Shown: positions 39,067 to 47,974 of the stretch, in pieces
Layout: each line of letters opens with the position of its first letter
How positions within the stretch are numbered: the first letter of the stretch is position 1
Assembly: GCA_043744715.1 (NCBI GenBank)
Contig: JAYTUE010000088.1
Coordinates: 4,462 to 68,461 of the forward strand
DNA: 64,000 nucleotides
Direction: 5' to 3'
From: Verrucomicrobiota bacterium
GTDB lineage: Bacteria > Verrucomicrobiota > Verrucomicrobiia > Limisphaerales > CANJSG01
The notes under the pieces: generated by a model
Told to the model about the DNA's origin: nothing
What the model saw: only the letters and a program-made list of their open reading frames with translations
Databases searched by the model: none
Translations under genes and position numbers: made by a program

Positions 39067-39804
39067 CTACGCTCCGCTGGCTGCTTCCTTGGTTGCGGGG
39101 GCGTGTTTGGCGTTCAACGAATCGCGGAGAGTGACCAAAGCGGCGGCGGCGGCGGCGCTTTCCGCCTCCTTCTTGCTGCGGCCGGAGCCACGGCCCAGTT
39201 CCTTGCCGCTGTGGATCACGGCGGATTCGAAGGCCCGCTCGTGGTCGGGGCCTGAGGTTCCGAGGAGCACGTATTGGGGGGCTTCGGGCGACTGGGCCTG
39301 GAAGATTTCCTGCAGCTCTCCCTTCGGGTTCTCGATGTTGGGCGTGATGCTGAGGGTGGGGAAGATGTCGTCGTAGCAGGCGCGGATGAACTTCTCCACC
39401 GGATCCAATCCGCCATCGATGAGGATCGCGCCGACGAGCGCCTCGTAGCCGTCCGCCAGCACGGACATCTTGGCCCGGCCGCCACTGCCCTCCTCGCTCC
39501 AGCTCATGATGATGTATTGGCCGAGCTCGATGCGTTTGGCGCGGTCGGCCACGCTCTTGGCGTTGATCAGGCGCGCGCGGGTCTGGGTCAGGGAACCTTC
39601 GTCGACCTTGGGAAACTTGTCGTAGAGCATCCGCGTCAAGACGAGTCCAAGCACCGAGTCGCCGAGGAATTCCAGGCGCTGGTTGTGGGGATGCGAAGGC
39701 CCGATCTCGTGGGTCATCGACGGGTGGGTCAGCGCCAGCTGGAGCAGCTCCGGCCTGCGGAACTTGTAGCCGATCTTGACCTGGAGGAGTTCGGGTTTGG
39801 CCAC
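39067..39804 (-). CDS. rnc: Ribonuclease III
   Basis: ALTHPS...NQRLEFLGDSVLG signature, followed by a dsRBD (GPDHERAFESAV...GRGSGRSKKEAE). Confidence 0.93.
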   Translation of the reverse strand: MAKPELLQVKIGYKFRRPELLQLALTHPSMTHEIGPSHPHNQRLEFLGDSVLGLVLTRMLYDKFPKVDEGSLTQTRARLINAKSVADRAKRIELGQYIIMSWSEEGSGGRAKMSVLADGYEALVGAILIDGGLDPVEKFIRACYDDIFPTLSITPNIENPKGELQEIFQAQSPEAPQYVLLGTSGPDHERAFESAVIHSGKELGRGSGRSKKEAESAAAAAALVTLRDSLNAKHAPATKEAASGA

Positions 39805-39837
39805 GATTAAGCGCGGTTGATCAGTTCGTGGAGGAGA

Positions 39838-40794
39838 TCACTTGGGCAGCCACTTCTCCCAGTTCTTGGCGAAGGCCTCGATGTTGTCCTTGCCCACGGG
39901 CGTCAGCGGCGAGTTGTCGACCGCGGCCTTCGTCGGCTGCTTGAGGTGGAGCTTGTTCACGAGATGCTCCACCGACTTGTAGCCGTAGCCGTAGACATCC
40001 TGCGACAGGAGCAGCTGGACGTGGCCGCTGCGGACGTAGCCGAGCTGCTGCGGAAGGGCGTCGACGGAGACGCATTTGACCGTGCCGGGCGGCCACTTGA
40101 GCGCGTTGTCGGTGAAGAGCGGCCAACCGCCGAGGAGTCCCCAGCCGGTGATGTCGGGATTGGCCTGCATGACCTGCTCGATCTTGGCGACTGCGTCGGC
40201 GGGCGTCTCCTTGTGGTAGTAGATGTCGAGCAGCTTGATGCCGGGATGCTTCTTGGCGGCGGCGCGGAATCCGGCCGCGCGCTGCTGGAGGTTGGCGGCG
40301 TTCGGATTGCCGTCGATCGCGGCGACGACGCCCTTTCCTTTCAAGAGTTTCGCAAGCTGCTCGAAGGTTTCTTCGCCGCACTTGAAGTCGTCGATGCCGA
40401 GGGCGACGAAGCGCTTGCTGTTCGGCGCATCGCCGGAATACGTGACCGTCGGCACTCCTTGTTCGGATGCCTTGTTGATGGCGTCGGTCAGTTTGTTCGC
40501 GTCGGAGCAGCTGACGATCAAGCCGTCGACGCCGGTGAGCAGGAGCTGCTCGATGGTCTGGGCCTGCTTCTGCGCGTCCTCCTCGTTGGGTGTGCGCCAG
40601 TCGATCTTGATCTTGATGCCGTGCTTGGCGCCCAGCTCGCGGGCGGCGTCGAGCGCGCCGACCTTGGACGCCTCGAAGAAAGGGTTGCCCTGCGACTTGG
40701 CGATCATGCCGAAGGTGTAGGACTTCTGGGCGAATGCGGCCGGCACGGCGGCGAATACGGCCAGACAGGCGAACAGGCGGAGCAGCGATTGCAT
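39838..40794 (-). CDS. Sugar ABC transporter substrate-binding protein (RbsB/type I PBP family), orphan
   Basis: Signal peptide MQSLLRLFACLAVFAAVPAAFA, then GMIAKSQGNPFFE...VDGLIVSCSD. No cognate permease or ATPase gene is adjacent. Confidence 0.75.
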   Translation of the reverse strand: MQSLLRLFACLAVFAAVPAAFAQKSYTFGMIAKSQGNPFFEASKVGALDAARELGAKHGIKIKIDWRTPNEEDAQKQAQTIEQLLLTGVDGLIVSCSDANKLTDAINKASEQGVPTVTYSGDAPNSKRFVALGIDDFKCGEETFEQLAKLLKGKGVVAAIDGNPNAANLQQRAAGFRAAAKKHPGIKLLDIYYHKETPADAVAKIEQVMQANPDITGWGLLGGWPLFTDNALKWPPGTVKCVSVDALPQQLGYVRSGHVQLLLSQDVYGYGYKSVEHLVNKLHLKQPTKAAVDNSPLTPVGKDNIEAFAKNWEKWLPK

Positions 40795-40823
40795 GGCCCG
40801 AGTAAACGCGCCGGAAGGGTTTG

Positions 40824-40849
40824 GTTCCAAGTTCCAAGTTCCAAGGAAC
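40824..40849. repeat. (GTTCCAA)x3 tandem heptamer ending in the palindrome GTTCCAAGGAAC
   Basis: Read directly: ggttccaagttccaagttccaaggaac. It lies in the 101-nt divergent region between the SBP and ROK genes. Confidence 0.7.
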
Positions 40850-40895
40850 AAGCTTCACGCTTTTCCTCCGCCGAGCGGTCTTTCACAGTCGCCGC

Positions 40896-41822
40896 ATGAC
40901 TTTCCTCGGCATTGAGATTGGTGGAACCAAGCTCCAGATCGTCCTCGGCGACGAGCGCGGAACGATCCATCAGCGCTTCCGACGCACGGTGGCCAAGGAA
41001 CTTGGTGGCGCCGGCATCCGCGCCCAGATCGAAGCGGTCTTGGCGGATGAACTTCCAAAATTCCCCGCCAGTCCGGTTGCGATCGGCGTCGGCTTCGGCG
41101 GGCCGGTGGACTGGGCGACGGGCCGGATCGCCAAGAGCCACCAGATCGAAGGCTGGTCGGGCTTTGACATCTCCGGATGGCTGACGGGCCTGACGGGGAT
41201 GCCGGTCTTCGTGGACAACGACGCCAACGTGGCCGCGCTCGGCGAAGCGCTGCACGGAGCGGGACGCGGGGCGAATCCGGTCTTCTACATCACGATGGGC
41301 AGCGGCGTCGGCGGCGGGCTCGTGGTCGACGGGAAGATTTTTCACGGAGCCAAGCCGGGTGAATCGGAGATCGGTCATGTCCGCCTGGACAAGTCGGGCG
41401 TGATCATCGAGGACCGCTGCTCCGGCTGGGCGGTGGACCGGCGCATCCGCGAGGCCGTGGCGCTCCATCCGCATGGTCCGTTGGGCATCCACGCAGCAAA
41501 TCTCACTCGCGGCGAAGCCCGTGCTCTTGCTCCCGCGCTGGCGGAGAATGATCCCCTGGCCGAAGCCATTCTCAGCGAGTTCGCGGACAACCTGGCCTTC
41601 GGTTTGTCGCATGTGGCCCAGTTGATGCACCCGGAGCGCACCGTCCTTGGTGGCGGTCTCGCGCTCGTCGGAGAACCGTTGCGCGACGCGGTTGCCAGGG
41701 CGTTGCCCCGTTACACCATGGAAGTCTTCGGTGATGGGCCGGCGGTGGTGCTGGCGGGTTTGGGTGAAGACGCGGTGCCGGTGGGCTGTTTGGCCATGGT
41801 GGCGCAGCGGATGGGGAAATAA
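40896..41822 (+). CDS. ROK-family sugar kinase (glucokinase-like, no N-terminal HTH)
   Basis: MTFLGIEIGGTKLQIV..., VDNDANVAALGE, GSGVGGGLV and GESEIGH. It begins directly with the ATPase phosphate-1 motif. Confidence 0.85.
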   Translation: MTFLGIEIGGTKLQIVLGDERGTIHQRFRRTVAKELGGAGIRAQIEAVLADELPKFPASPVAIGVGFGGPVDWATGRIAKSHQIEGWSGFDISGWLTGLTGMPVFVDNDANVAALGEALHGAGRGANPVFYITMGSGVGGGLVVDGKIFHGAKPGESEIGHVRLDKSGVIIEDRCSGWAVDRRIREAVALHPHGPLGIHAANLTRGEARALAPALAENDPLAEAILSEFADNLAFGLSHVAQLMHPERTVLGGGLALVGEPLRDAVARALPRYTMEVFGDGPAVVLAGLGEDAVPVGCLAMVAQRMGK

Positions 41823-41825
41823 TTC

Positions 41826-41887
41826 TCGTCCACGAAGGACACTTCTTGGCCGGGCACGGAGGGTTGCCACCCATGGCCCGGCCTACG
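41826..41887. repeat. REP-like hairpin element related to the 7.7-kb repeats (GGCCGGGC ... GCCCGGCC + CTACGG)
   Basis: Shares ttggccgggc...gcccggcctacgg and an inverted version of the cttcgtgg block with copies A and B. The loop is expanded to 20 nt. Confidence 0.55.
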
Positions 41888-41919
41888 GAAACAAAAAGGC
41901 CATCCGGTTCGCGGATGGC
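41888..41919 (-). terminator. Rho-independent terminator downstream of rho (minus strand)
   Basis: GGCCATCCG-gttcg-CGGATGGCC is a perfect 9-bp stem. On the minus strand it is followed by TTTTTGTTT. It sits about 25 nt after the rho stop. Confidence 0.65.
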
Positions 41920-41943
41920 CTTCGTGAGAGTTGTTGAACTGGC

Positions 41944-44010
41944 TTACGCCTGTCCGCCCATGCCGAGGAGGAACATGATGTTGCTCGGGGTTTTCTTGAG
42001 CTTGCCAAGGAGAAGTTCCATGGCCTCGACCGGGGGCACGCCGGTGAGGGCGCGGCGGAGCATGCTGACGCGGCTGAGTTCGTCCGGATGGTAGAGGAGC
42101 TCTTCCTTGCGGGTGCCGGAACGCTCGATGTTGATCGAGGGGAAGATGCGGCGATCCACGAGGCCGCGGTCGAGGTGGACCTCCATGTTGCCGGTGCCCT
42201 TGAACTCCTCGAAAATGACTTCGTCCATGCGGCTGCCGGTATCGACGAGCGCGGTGGCCATGATGGTAAGCGAACCGCCTTCCTCCAGATTGCGCGCGGC
42301 TCCGAAGAAGCGTTTGGGCTTGTGCAGCGCGTTGGCATCGACACCGCCGGAGAGGATCTTGCCGGAGTGCGGCTGGATCGTGTTGTAGGCGCGGGCGAGA
42401 CGGGTGATGGAATCGAGCAGGATGATGACATCCTTCTTGTGCTCGACCATGCGTTTGGCTTTCTCGATGACCATCTCGGCGACCTGGACGTGGCGCTCGG
42501 GCGGCTCGTCGAAGGTGGAGCTGATGACTTCGGCGCCCTTGCAGGTGCGCTCCATGTCGGTGACTTCCTCGGGGCGCTCGTCGATCAGGAGGATGAAGAG
42601 ATAGCTGTTCGAGTCGTTCTTCAGCATCGCGTTGGCGAGCTTCTGCATGAGAACGGTCTTGCCGGTGCGCGGCGGTGCGACGATGAGGCCGCGGGTGCCC
42701 TTGCCGATGGGGCAGACGAGGTCCATCACACGCGTGCTGAGCTCGGAGGCGTCGGTCTCGAGGAGGAAACGCCGGTTCGGGAAAAGCGGAGTGAGGTTCT
42801 CGAAGAGCGTCTTGTCCTTCGCCGCGTCGGGATCCGCGCCGTCGACCTTCTCGACCTTGAGCAGGGCGAAGAACTTCTCCTTCTCCTTGGGCGGACGGAT
42901 CTGGCCCTGGATGAGGTTGCCGGTCTGGAGATCGAAACGGCGGATCTGCGAGGGCGAGACGTAGATGTCCTCGGGACAGGGCAGGTAGTTGAAGCTCTGC
43001 GAACGGAGGAATCCGTAGCCCTCGCCGAGGACTTCGAGGACACCCTCGGCGTAGAGCAAGCCGCCGCGTTCGGCGTTGCGGGCGAGGATGTGGAAGATGA
43101 CCTCGTGCTTCCGCATGGTGCCGAAGTTCTCGATGTCGAACTCGCGGGCCATGTTGTTCAGGTCGCCGATGGGCATGGCCTGGAGCTTGGCGATGTTGAG
43201 GTTCACGCCCGGCTTGCGCTCGGCGCGGATGGCCTGGCGCGCCGGGAGATTCGCCTCGACCTCGGGAAGGTCGATCGGCCGGCTCGGAGCCTCCGGATGG
43301 AGCGTTTCGGGACCGTATCCGGAATCTGGCTGCGGCTGGGGGGGCGGCTGCTGGGGCTGCGGAGCCTGGCCTTGCGGGGCTGAACGGGGATCACGCGGGC
43401 CGCGTTGGTCACGTTGGTCACGGGGCTCGAAACGCCGCTGCTGGAAATTCTGGCCCCCTTGCTGCGGCTGTTGGGGTCTTCCCTGAGGTCCCTGACCCTG
43501 GGGCGGACGCGGACCTTGTTGAGGCGCGGGCTGGCCCTGGGGTTGAACCGGACGAACGGGTGCTTGGCCCGGAGCATTTCCTTGAACCGGAGCCGGTGCC
43601 GGCGGACGAACCGGAGGCGCAGGGCGCGAGGCCGGCCCCGGAGCGGGAGGAGGAAACATGGGTTCGCGGACAACCGGAGTCGACGGAGCGGGATTCGACT
43701 CGGCTTTGGCTTCCACCACAGGCGCGGTCGCACGCTCCGGCTTCGCTTCGGCAACGGGGACCGGAACGGGTTCAGGGCGCAAAACCGGGGCGGGAAGCTT
43801 TTCGGCCACGGGTGCCGCCGGCAGATCGAGCTGCTCGGTAGCTGCGGTTTTCTTGGCGGCCTTCTTGGGCTTGGCGGCCTTCTTGGGCTTAGCTGCCGCC
43901 TTGGCCGCCGGCTTCGGGGCGGCGATCGATTCTTCCGCGGCAGCATCCTCGGCTGCGTCGGCCTTGGCGGATTTGCGGGGAGCGCGTTTAATGGTGGCGC
44001 GGGCGGGCAT
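41944..44010 (-). CDS. rho: Transcription termination factor Rho with ~300-aa low-complexity N-terminal extension
   Basis: C-terminal two-thirds is canonical Rho ([15 protein letters not shown]; [17 protein letters not shown]; [11 protein letters not shown]). The N-terminus is AKP-rich and then P/Q/G/R-rich. Start chosen at ATG 44010. Confidence 0.9.
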   Translation of the reverse strand: MPARATIKRAPRKSAKADAAEDAAAEESIAAPKPAAKAAAKPKKAAKPKKAAKKTAATEQLDLPAAPVAEKLPAPVLRPEPVPVPVAEAKPERATAPVVEAKAESNPAPSTPVVREPMFPPPAPGPASRPAPPVRPPAPAPVQGNAPGQAPVRPVQPQGQPAPQQGPRPPQGQGPQGRPQQPQQGGQNFQQRRFEPRDQRDQRGPRDPRSAPQGQAPQPQQPPPQPQPDSGYGPETLHPEAPSRPIDLPEVEANLPARQAIRAERKPGVNLNIAKLQAMPIGDLNNMAREFDIENFGTMRKHEVIFHILARNAERGGLLYAEGVLEVLGEGYGFLRSQSFNYLPCPEDIYVSPSQIRRFDLQTGNLIQGQIRPPKEKEKFFALLKVEKVDGADPDAAKDKTLFENLTPLFPNRRFLLETDASELSTRVMDLVCPIGKGTRGLIVAPPRTGKTVLMQKLANAMLKNDSNSYLFILLIDERPEEVTDMERTCKGAEVISSTFDEPPERHVQVAEMVIEKAKRMVEHKKDVIILLDSITRLARAYNTIQPHSGKILSGGVDANALHKPKRFFGAARNLEEGGSLTIMATALVDTGSRMDEVIFEEFKGTGNMEVHLDRGLVDRRIFPSINIERSGTRKEELLYHPDELSRVSMLRRALTGVPPVEAMELLLGKLKKTPSNIMFLLGMGGQA

Positions 44011-44157
44011 AAACAAAAGGGATTTTCGGTTCTGGGGCGGGCTCGGTTGAGACGTCTTTCCAGGGATGGTGTTCAAACGCCAGCTCGTCCAGGGGGAAAA
44101 ACGGGAATGACGGCCCAAAGGCGTCTCTGCGGCTGGAGGGACAGTGCTGTCAGTCCC

Positions 44158-46308
44158 TCAATAAGGCAACGGGAACTTTGCGGTCAGCTCGCGCACGCGG
44201 CTCTTCACGGCATGGGCGGCGGCTACGTTCTTAACGTCGAGGAGGACCTCGGAGATCATGTCGGCGATGGCGGCCATTTCCTGTTCCTTCATGCCCCGCG
44301 TGGTGACTGCGGGTGTTCCCAGCCGCACGCCGCTGGCCTGGAAGGGCGATCTGGTCTCGAACGGAATGGTGTTCTTGTTCGTGGTGATGCCGGCTTCGTC
44401 GAGCACGAGCTGGCAGTCCTTGCCCGTCATGTTCTTCGCGCCCACGTCCACCAGCATGAGATGGTTCTCTGTGCCGCCGGAGACGAGGCGGAAACCGTTT
44501 CGCTTCATGCCGTCGGCCAACGCGGCGGCGTTCTTCACGATCTGCTGCTGGTAGCCCTTGAAGCTGTCCTGTAGCGCCTCCTTGAAGCAGACGGCCTTGG
44601 CCGCGATGACGTGCATGAGCGGCCCGCCCTGGATGCCGGGGAAGACGTTGGAGTCGATTTCCTTCGCATGTTTCTCGCGGCACATGATCAGGCCGCCGCG
44701 GGGACCGCGCAGGGTTTTGTGCGTGGTGGTGGTGACGAAGTCGGCGTAGGGAACGGGGCTCGGATGGATGCCGGCGGCGACGAGACCCGCGATGTGCGCG
44801 ATGTCCGCCAGCATGTAGGCGCCGACCTCTTGGGCGATCTCGCCGAGGCGCTTGAAGTCGATGATGCGCGGATAGGCGGACGCGCCGACGGTGATCATCT
44901 TCGGCCTGTGCTCACGGGCCATCTGCGCGAGCTGGTCGTAGTCGATGCGTTCGTCGTCCTTGCGGACGCCGTAGTGGACGATCTCGAAGAACTTGCCGGA
45001 GAAGTTGGCCTTGTTGCCGTGGGTCAAATGGCCGCCATGGGACAGGTCCATGGTCAGCATCTTGTCGCCGGGCTTCAGCACGGCGAAATACACGGCCATG
45101 TTCGCGCCGGAGCCGGAGTGCGGCTGGACGTTGGCGTGCTCGGCGCCGAAGAGTTTCTTCGCGCGGTCGATGGCAAGGCGTTCCGCGTCGTCGACGTGTT
45201 CGCACCCGCCATACCAGCGTTTGCCGGGATAGCCCTCGGCATACTTGTTCGTCAGGACGGAGCCCTGCGCCTCCATGACGGCGGGGCTGGTGAAGTTCTC
45301 GGAGGCGATGAGCTCGATGTTTTCAAGTTGTCGCCGACGTTCCAGCTGGACGATGTCGGCGATCTCGGAATCCACCGAGCGCAGTCGAAGCGCGGGATCG
45401 ACCTCGAACTTGACGACCCGCCGCTCGTGGCGGCCGCCGGCGAATGAGCCGCCGAGGAAGGCGTCGATGATCTCGATGGCCTGCTGGGGCGAGGTCTGCT
45501 TCGCGCCGAGGCAGAGGATGTTCGCGTTGTTGTGCTCGCGGGCGAGGGCGGCCATCTCGGCATTGAAGACGAGCGCGGCGCGGGCGCCGGGAACCTTGTT
45601 GGCGGCCATGCTCATGCCGATGCCGGAGGTGCAGACGAGAAGCCCGCATTGCGCTTTCCCGGCGACCACGGCCTCGGCGACGGCCTTGGCGTGGTCGGGA
45701 TAGTCCGTGGACTCGGTTGAATGGGCGCCCAGGTCCTCGAAGACGACGCCTTTGGACTGGAGATGGCGTTTAAGGGTTTCCTTGAGCTGGTAGCCGCCGT
45801 GGTCGCAACCGATCGAGAGCATGGTTTTCTTCAGGGATGCCGGTGAAGGATGGTTCTGTTCGATGAAACGGAGAATGGTCGAGATGCCCTGCTCTATCTG
45901 GTCGCGGCAGGCCACGTAGACGTCGAGAGCCCCCCCGATGGGATCGCTGATGTCCTTCTCATACGCGTCGAGAGTGTCGTCGAATTCGCGGAGGAGGAAC
46001 GTCTTGTCGGCCGCCTGGGGGTAGAGCAGGAGAATGGTCTCCAGATGGCCGTGGGTCATGCCGAAGATGTAGTCGGCCTCCTTGACCAGATCCCGCGTCA
46101 GCATCTGACTGCGCTGCTGGCCGATGTCGATGCCGATCTCGCGGCAGGCCCGGACGGAATTGTGGCTGGGGGACTGGCCGTCCATCGCCCCCACCCCGGC
46201 GGAAAGGACGCGGAAATCGCCGCGATCCCGGACCGCGCGACGGAAAATGCCTTCAGCCATGGGGCTGCGGCAGATGTTCCCGGTGCAGATGAAAAGGACG
46301 GTCTTCAT
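44158..46308 (-). CDS. Tri-domain fusion: LMW protein-tyrosine/arginine phosphatase + ribose-5-phosphate isomerase B + serine hydroxymethyltransferase
   Basis: A single uninterrupted 716-aa ORF. The P-loop [13 protein letters not shown] and DISDPIGG mark the LMW-PTP domain. [13 protein letters not shown]...[14 protein letters not shown] marks the RpiB/LacAB domain. [18 protein letters not shown]...[14 protein letters not shown] marks the SHMT domain with its PLP lysine. Confidence 0.85.
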   Translation of the reverse strand: MKTVLFICTGNICRSPMAEGIFRRAVRDRGDFRVLSAGVGAMDGQSPSHNSVRACREIGIDIGQQRSQMLTRDLVKEADYIFGMTHGHLETILLLYPQAADKTFLLREFDDTLDAYEKDISDPIGGALDVYVACRDQIEQGISTILRFIEQNHPSPASLKKTMLSIGCDHGGYQLKETLKRHLQSKGVVFEDLGAHSTESTDYPDHAKAVAEAVVAGKAQCGLLVCTSGIGMSMAANKVPGARAALVFNAEMAALAREHNNANILCLGAKQTSPQQAIEIIDAFLGGSFAGGRHERRVVKFEVDPALRLRSVDSEIADIVQLERRRQLENIELIASENFTSPAVMEAQGSVLTNKYAEGYPGKRWYGGCEHVDDAERLAIDRAKKLFGAEHANVQPHSGSGANMAVYFAVLKPGDKMLTMDLSHGGHLTHGNKANFSGKFFEIVHYGVRKDDERIDYDQLAQMAREHRPKMITVGASAYPRIIDFKRLGEIAQEVGAYMLADIAHIAGLVAAGIHPSPVPYADFVTTTTHKTLRGPRGGLIMCREKHAKEIDSNVFPGIQGGPLMHVIAAKAVCFKEALQDSFKGYQQQIVKNAAALADGMKRNGFRLVSGGTENHLMLVDVGAKNMTGKDCQLVLDEAGITTNKNTIPFETRSPFQASGVRLGTPAVTTRGMKEQEMAAIADMISEVLLDVKNVAAAHAVKSRVRELTAKFPLPY

Positions 46309-46367
46309 TCCAAAAACTGAGCGGGCAAAGTGCGAGTCCGGTTCCTGAGCGTCAATTCCATTTCAGA

Positions 46368-47423
46368 TCATCGCCCGGGCTTCACGATCTGGATGGCCCG
46401 GAGAAGATCCAACGCACGCGCCAAGGCAGGATCCTGAATGACCGGCTTGTCCTGCTCAGAAACCCTGGAGGCCGGCCCGGTCGGCGCGGCAACCGGAGCA
46501 TCGAATTCATCCTCCGAATGGACTCCCTCGCGCTGCATCCGGACAAGGTCCGCCTCGTTCACACGGCGACGCGACCGGGGAGATGCCGACGGGCCGAAAC
46601 GCCGATACGGGTCTTCGAGCCATTGGGCTTCAAATTCCTTGGCCACCGGCACCGCGATGTCCGGCTCCAGCGGTCCGTCCATCAACCGCCCGGATCCCAG
46701 TTTCACGGGCTGATCAGCCACGAAGATGGATTGTCCTCCGGAAAACTTCAGCTCCTTGAAAGCACGGGCGCGGCCGGCCGTTTCCGAACCGAGCACGAGG
46801 CCGATCCGGCTGTCGCGAAGCAATCCGGCCAGCGCTTCAGCGGCTTCCCGGGTTTCTCCGTTGACCAGCGCGGTCACAGGAATGCCGATGGCGTTGGTCT
46901 TGATGCTGGAGCGGGCTTCCCCACCGGGCCATTGCAGCAAGGTCTGCTCGACCGCGAGAAACCGGTCCGCTGTCGAGGCGGCGGCGGCGAAATCACTGCC
47001 GGAGGCATTCCGCAGATCCAGCACGAGCCCTCGCACGGCTCCGTTGGTTCCCAGGATGCGGATCGTGTCGGAAAGCCGGGCCGGCAGTTCCGGGCCGACC
47101 ACCCCCACCCGCACATAGGCGAATTGTCCGTCAAACAAGCGGCTCCGCAGGATGACGGCGGAGCTGGAAGACGAGCCGATGTTGATCCCGGGCACCTGTA
47201 GGCGGCCTCGGAGTTTTTCCACCAACCCTTCAAGCGCGGCCTTGTCGAGTTCGGCCTTGGACACGCCGGGCAAGTTCTTCTGTAGTTGATCGTAAACCTC
47301 CTGGAAGGGGGGAAGGGACTTCTGCGGATCAGCCGCAGACACGTCCGCAGGCCAGCCCAAGGCCGCAAAAAGCCCCGCAGCCATGGTCAAATCCGTCACT
47401 TGCAGCTTCATCATGCGCCGCAA
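46368..47423 (-). CDS. S41 (C-terminal processing peptidase)-like secreted protein without PDZ; catalytic residues apparently substituted
   Basis: Signal peptide. GLVLDLRNASGS versus the canonical LDLRNNPGG. VNGETREAAEALAG where S41 enzymes have VN.GSASASEI.AG. GSETAGRA where they have G..TFGKG. Confidence 0.55.
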   Translation of the reverse strand: MRRMMKLQVTDLTMAAGLFAALGWPADVSAADPQKSLPPFQEVYDQLQKNLPGVSKAELDKAALEGLVEKLRGRLQVPGINIGSSSSSAVILRSRLFDGQFAYVRVGVVGPELPARLSDTIRILGTNGAVRGLVLDLRNASGSDFAAAASTADRFLAVEQTLLQWPGGEARSSIKTNAIGIPVTALVNGETREAAEALAGLLRDSRIGLVLGSETAGRARAFKELKFSGGQSIFVADQPVKLGSGRLMDGPLEPDIAVPVAKEFEAQWLEDPYRRFGPSASPRSRRRVNEADLVRMQREGVHSEDEFDAPVAAPTGPASRVSEQDKPVIQDPALARALDLLRAIQIVKPGR

Positions 47424-47636
47424 GGCTAAGGCTAAAGGGCATGGCTGCCAATTTTTCGTCGATTCCCCTCACTCGGCGGCGTTTACAAAGCAATCTTACT
47501 CATACTGAGGCGATCCTTGGGATTCCAAGTAGACCAGCGATGGGGAGGAATGGACCAACCAAGCTTTCTCTTTGCGAGGAACCATTGATGGTCGTCGTTC
47601 ACAATTTTTTGTTCTGCCATTTAAGGTCTTAGTTAA

Positions 47637-47674
47637 ATTAAAGTGTATATCTATTGATTTAATAGACATTAAAG
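47637..47674. promoter_or_regulatory. AT-rich operator-like module: ATTAAAG - N6 - TCTATTgatttAATAGA - N1 - ATTAAAG upstream of the sulfate operon
   Basis: Perfect 6-bp-arm palindrome at 47650..47666, bracketed by two ATTAAAG heptamers 31 nt apart. It lies in a sharply AT-rich ~100-nt patch about 20 to 55 nt upstream of the yezD-like start. Confidence 0.45.
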
Positions 47675-47692
47675 GTATCACTTTGTTAGCGC

Positions 47693-47875
47693 GTGACTAA
47701 GCAAGCATCTTCAACTCCGGACGACCACCCGTCGCAACGCCTGTCACATGATTGGTTCCAAGTCGTTCAGGAGCAGGTTGACGCCCTCAAGTTCGGTTCC
47801 GTCGAGATCACCGTGCACGACTCAAGGGTCGCCCAAGTCCAGCGCACCGAGAAACTGCGCCTCGATCCCACCTGA
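47693..47875 (+). CDS. YezD/DUF2292-family small protein
   Basis: 60 aa with ...LKFGSVEITVHDSRVAQVQRTEKLRL, matching the DUF2292 pattern (GSV.I.VH.G.V..IER.EK.R). GTG start. This family commonly precedes sulfate-transport genes. Confidence 0.65.
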   Translation: MTKQASSTPDDHPSQRLSHDWFQVVQEQVDALKFGSVEITVHDSRVAQVQRTEKLRLDPT

Positions 47876-47974
47876 TAATCATTTCCGCCTACCGGGCAAC
47901 CGGTGGCTTCTCCTTAACCAATTATCCAAAACCGATCGGACCACCGGAGGTTTGGCCCGAAGAAATAATCCCAG

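Noticed and set aside
39821-40858. 345-aa minus-strand ORF in an alternative frame to the sugar-binding protein gene
   Set aside because: Arg/Pro/Ala-rich out-of-frame translation. The 337-aa frame has a signal peptide and periplasmic-binding-protein motifs.
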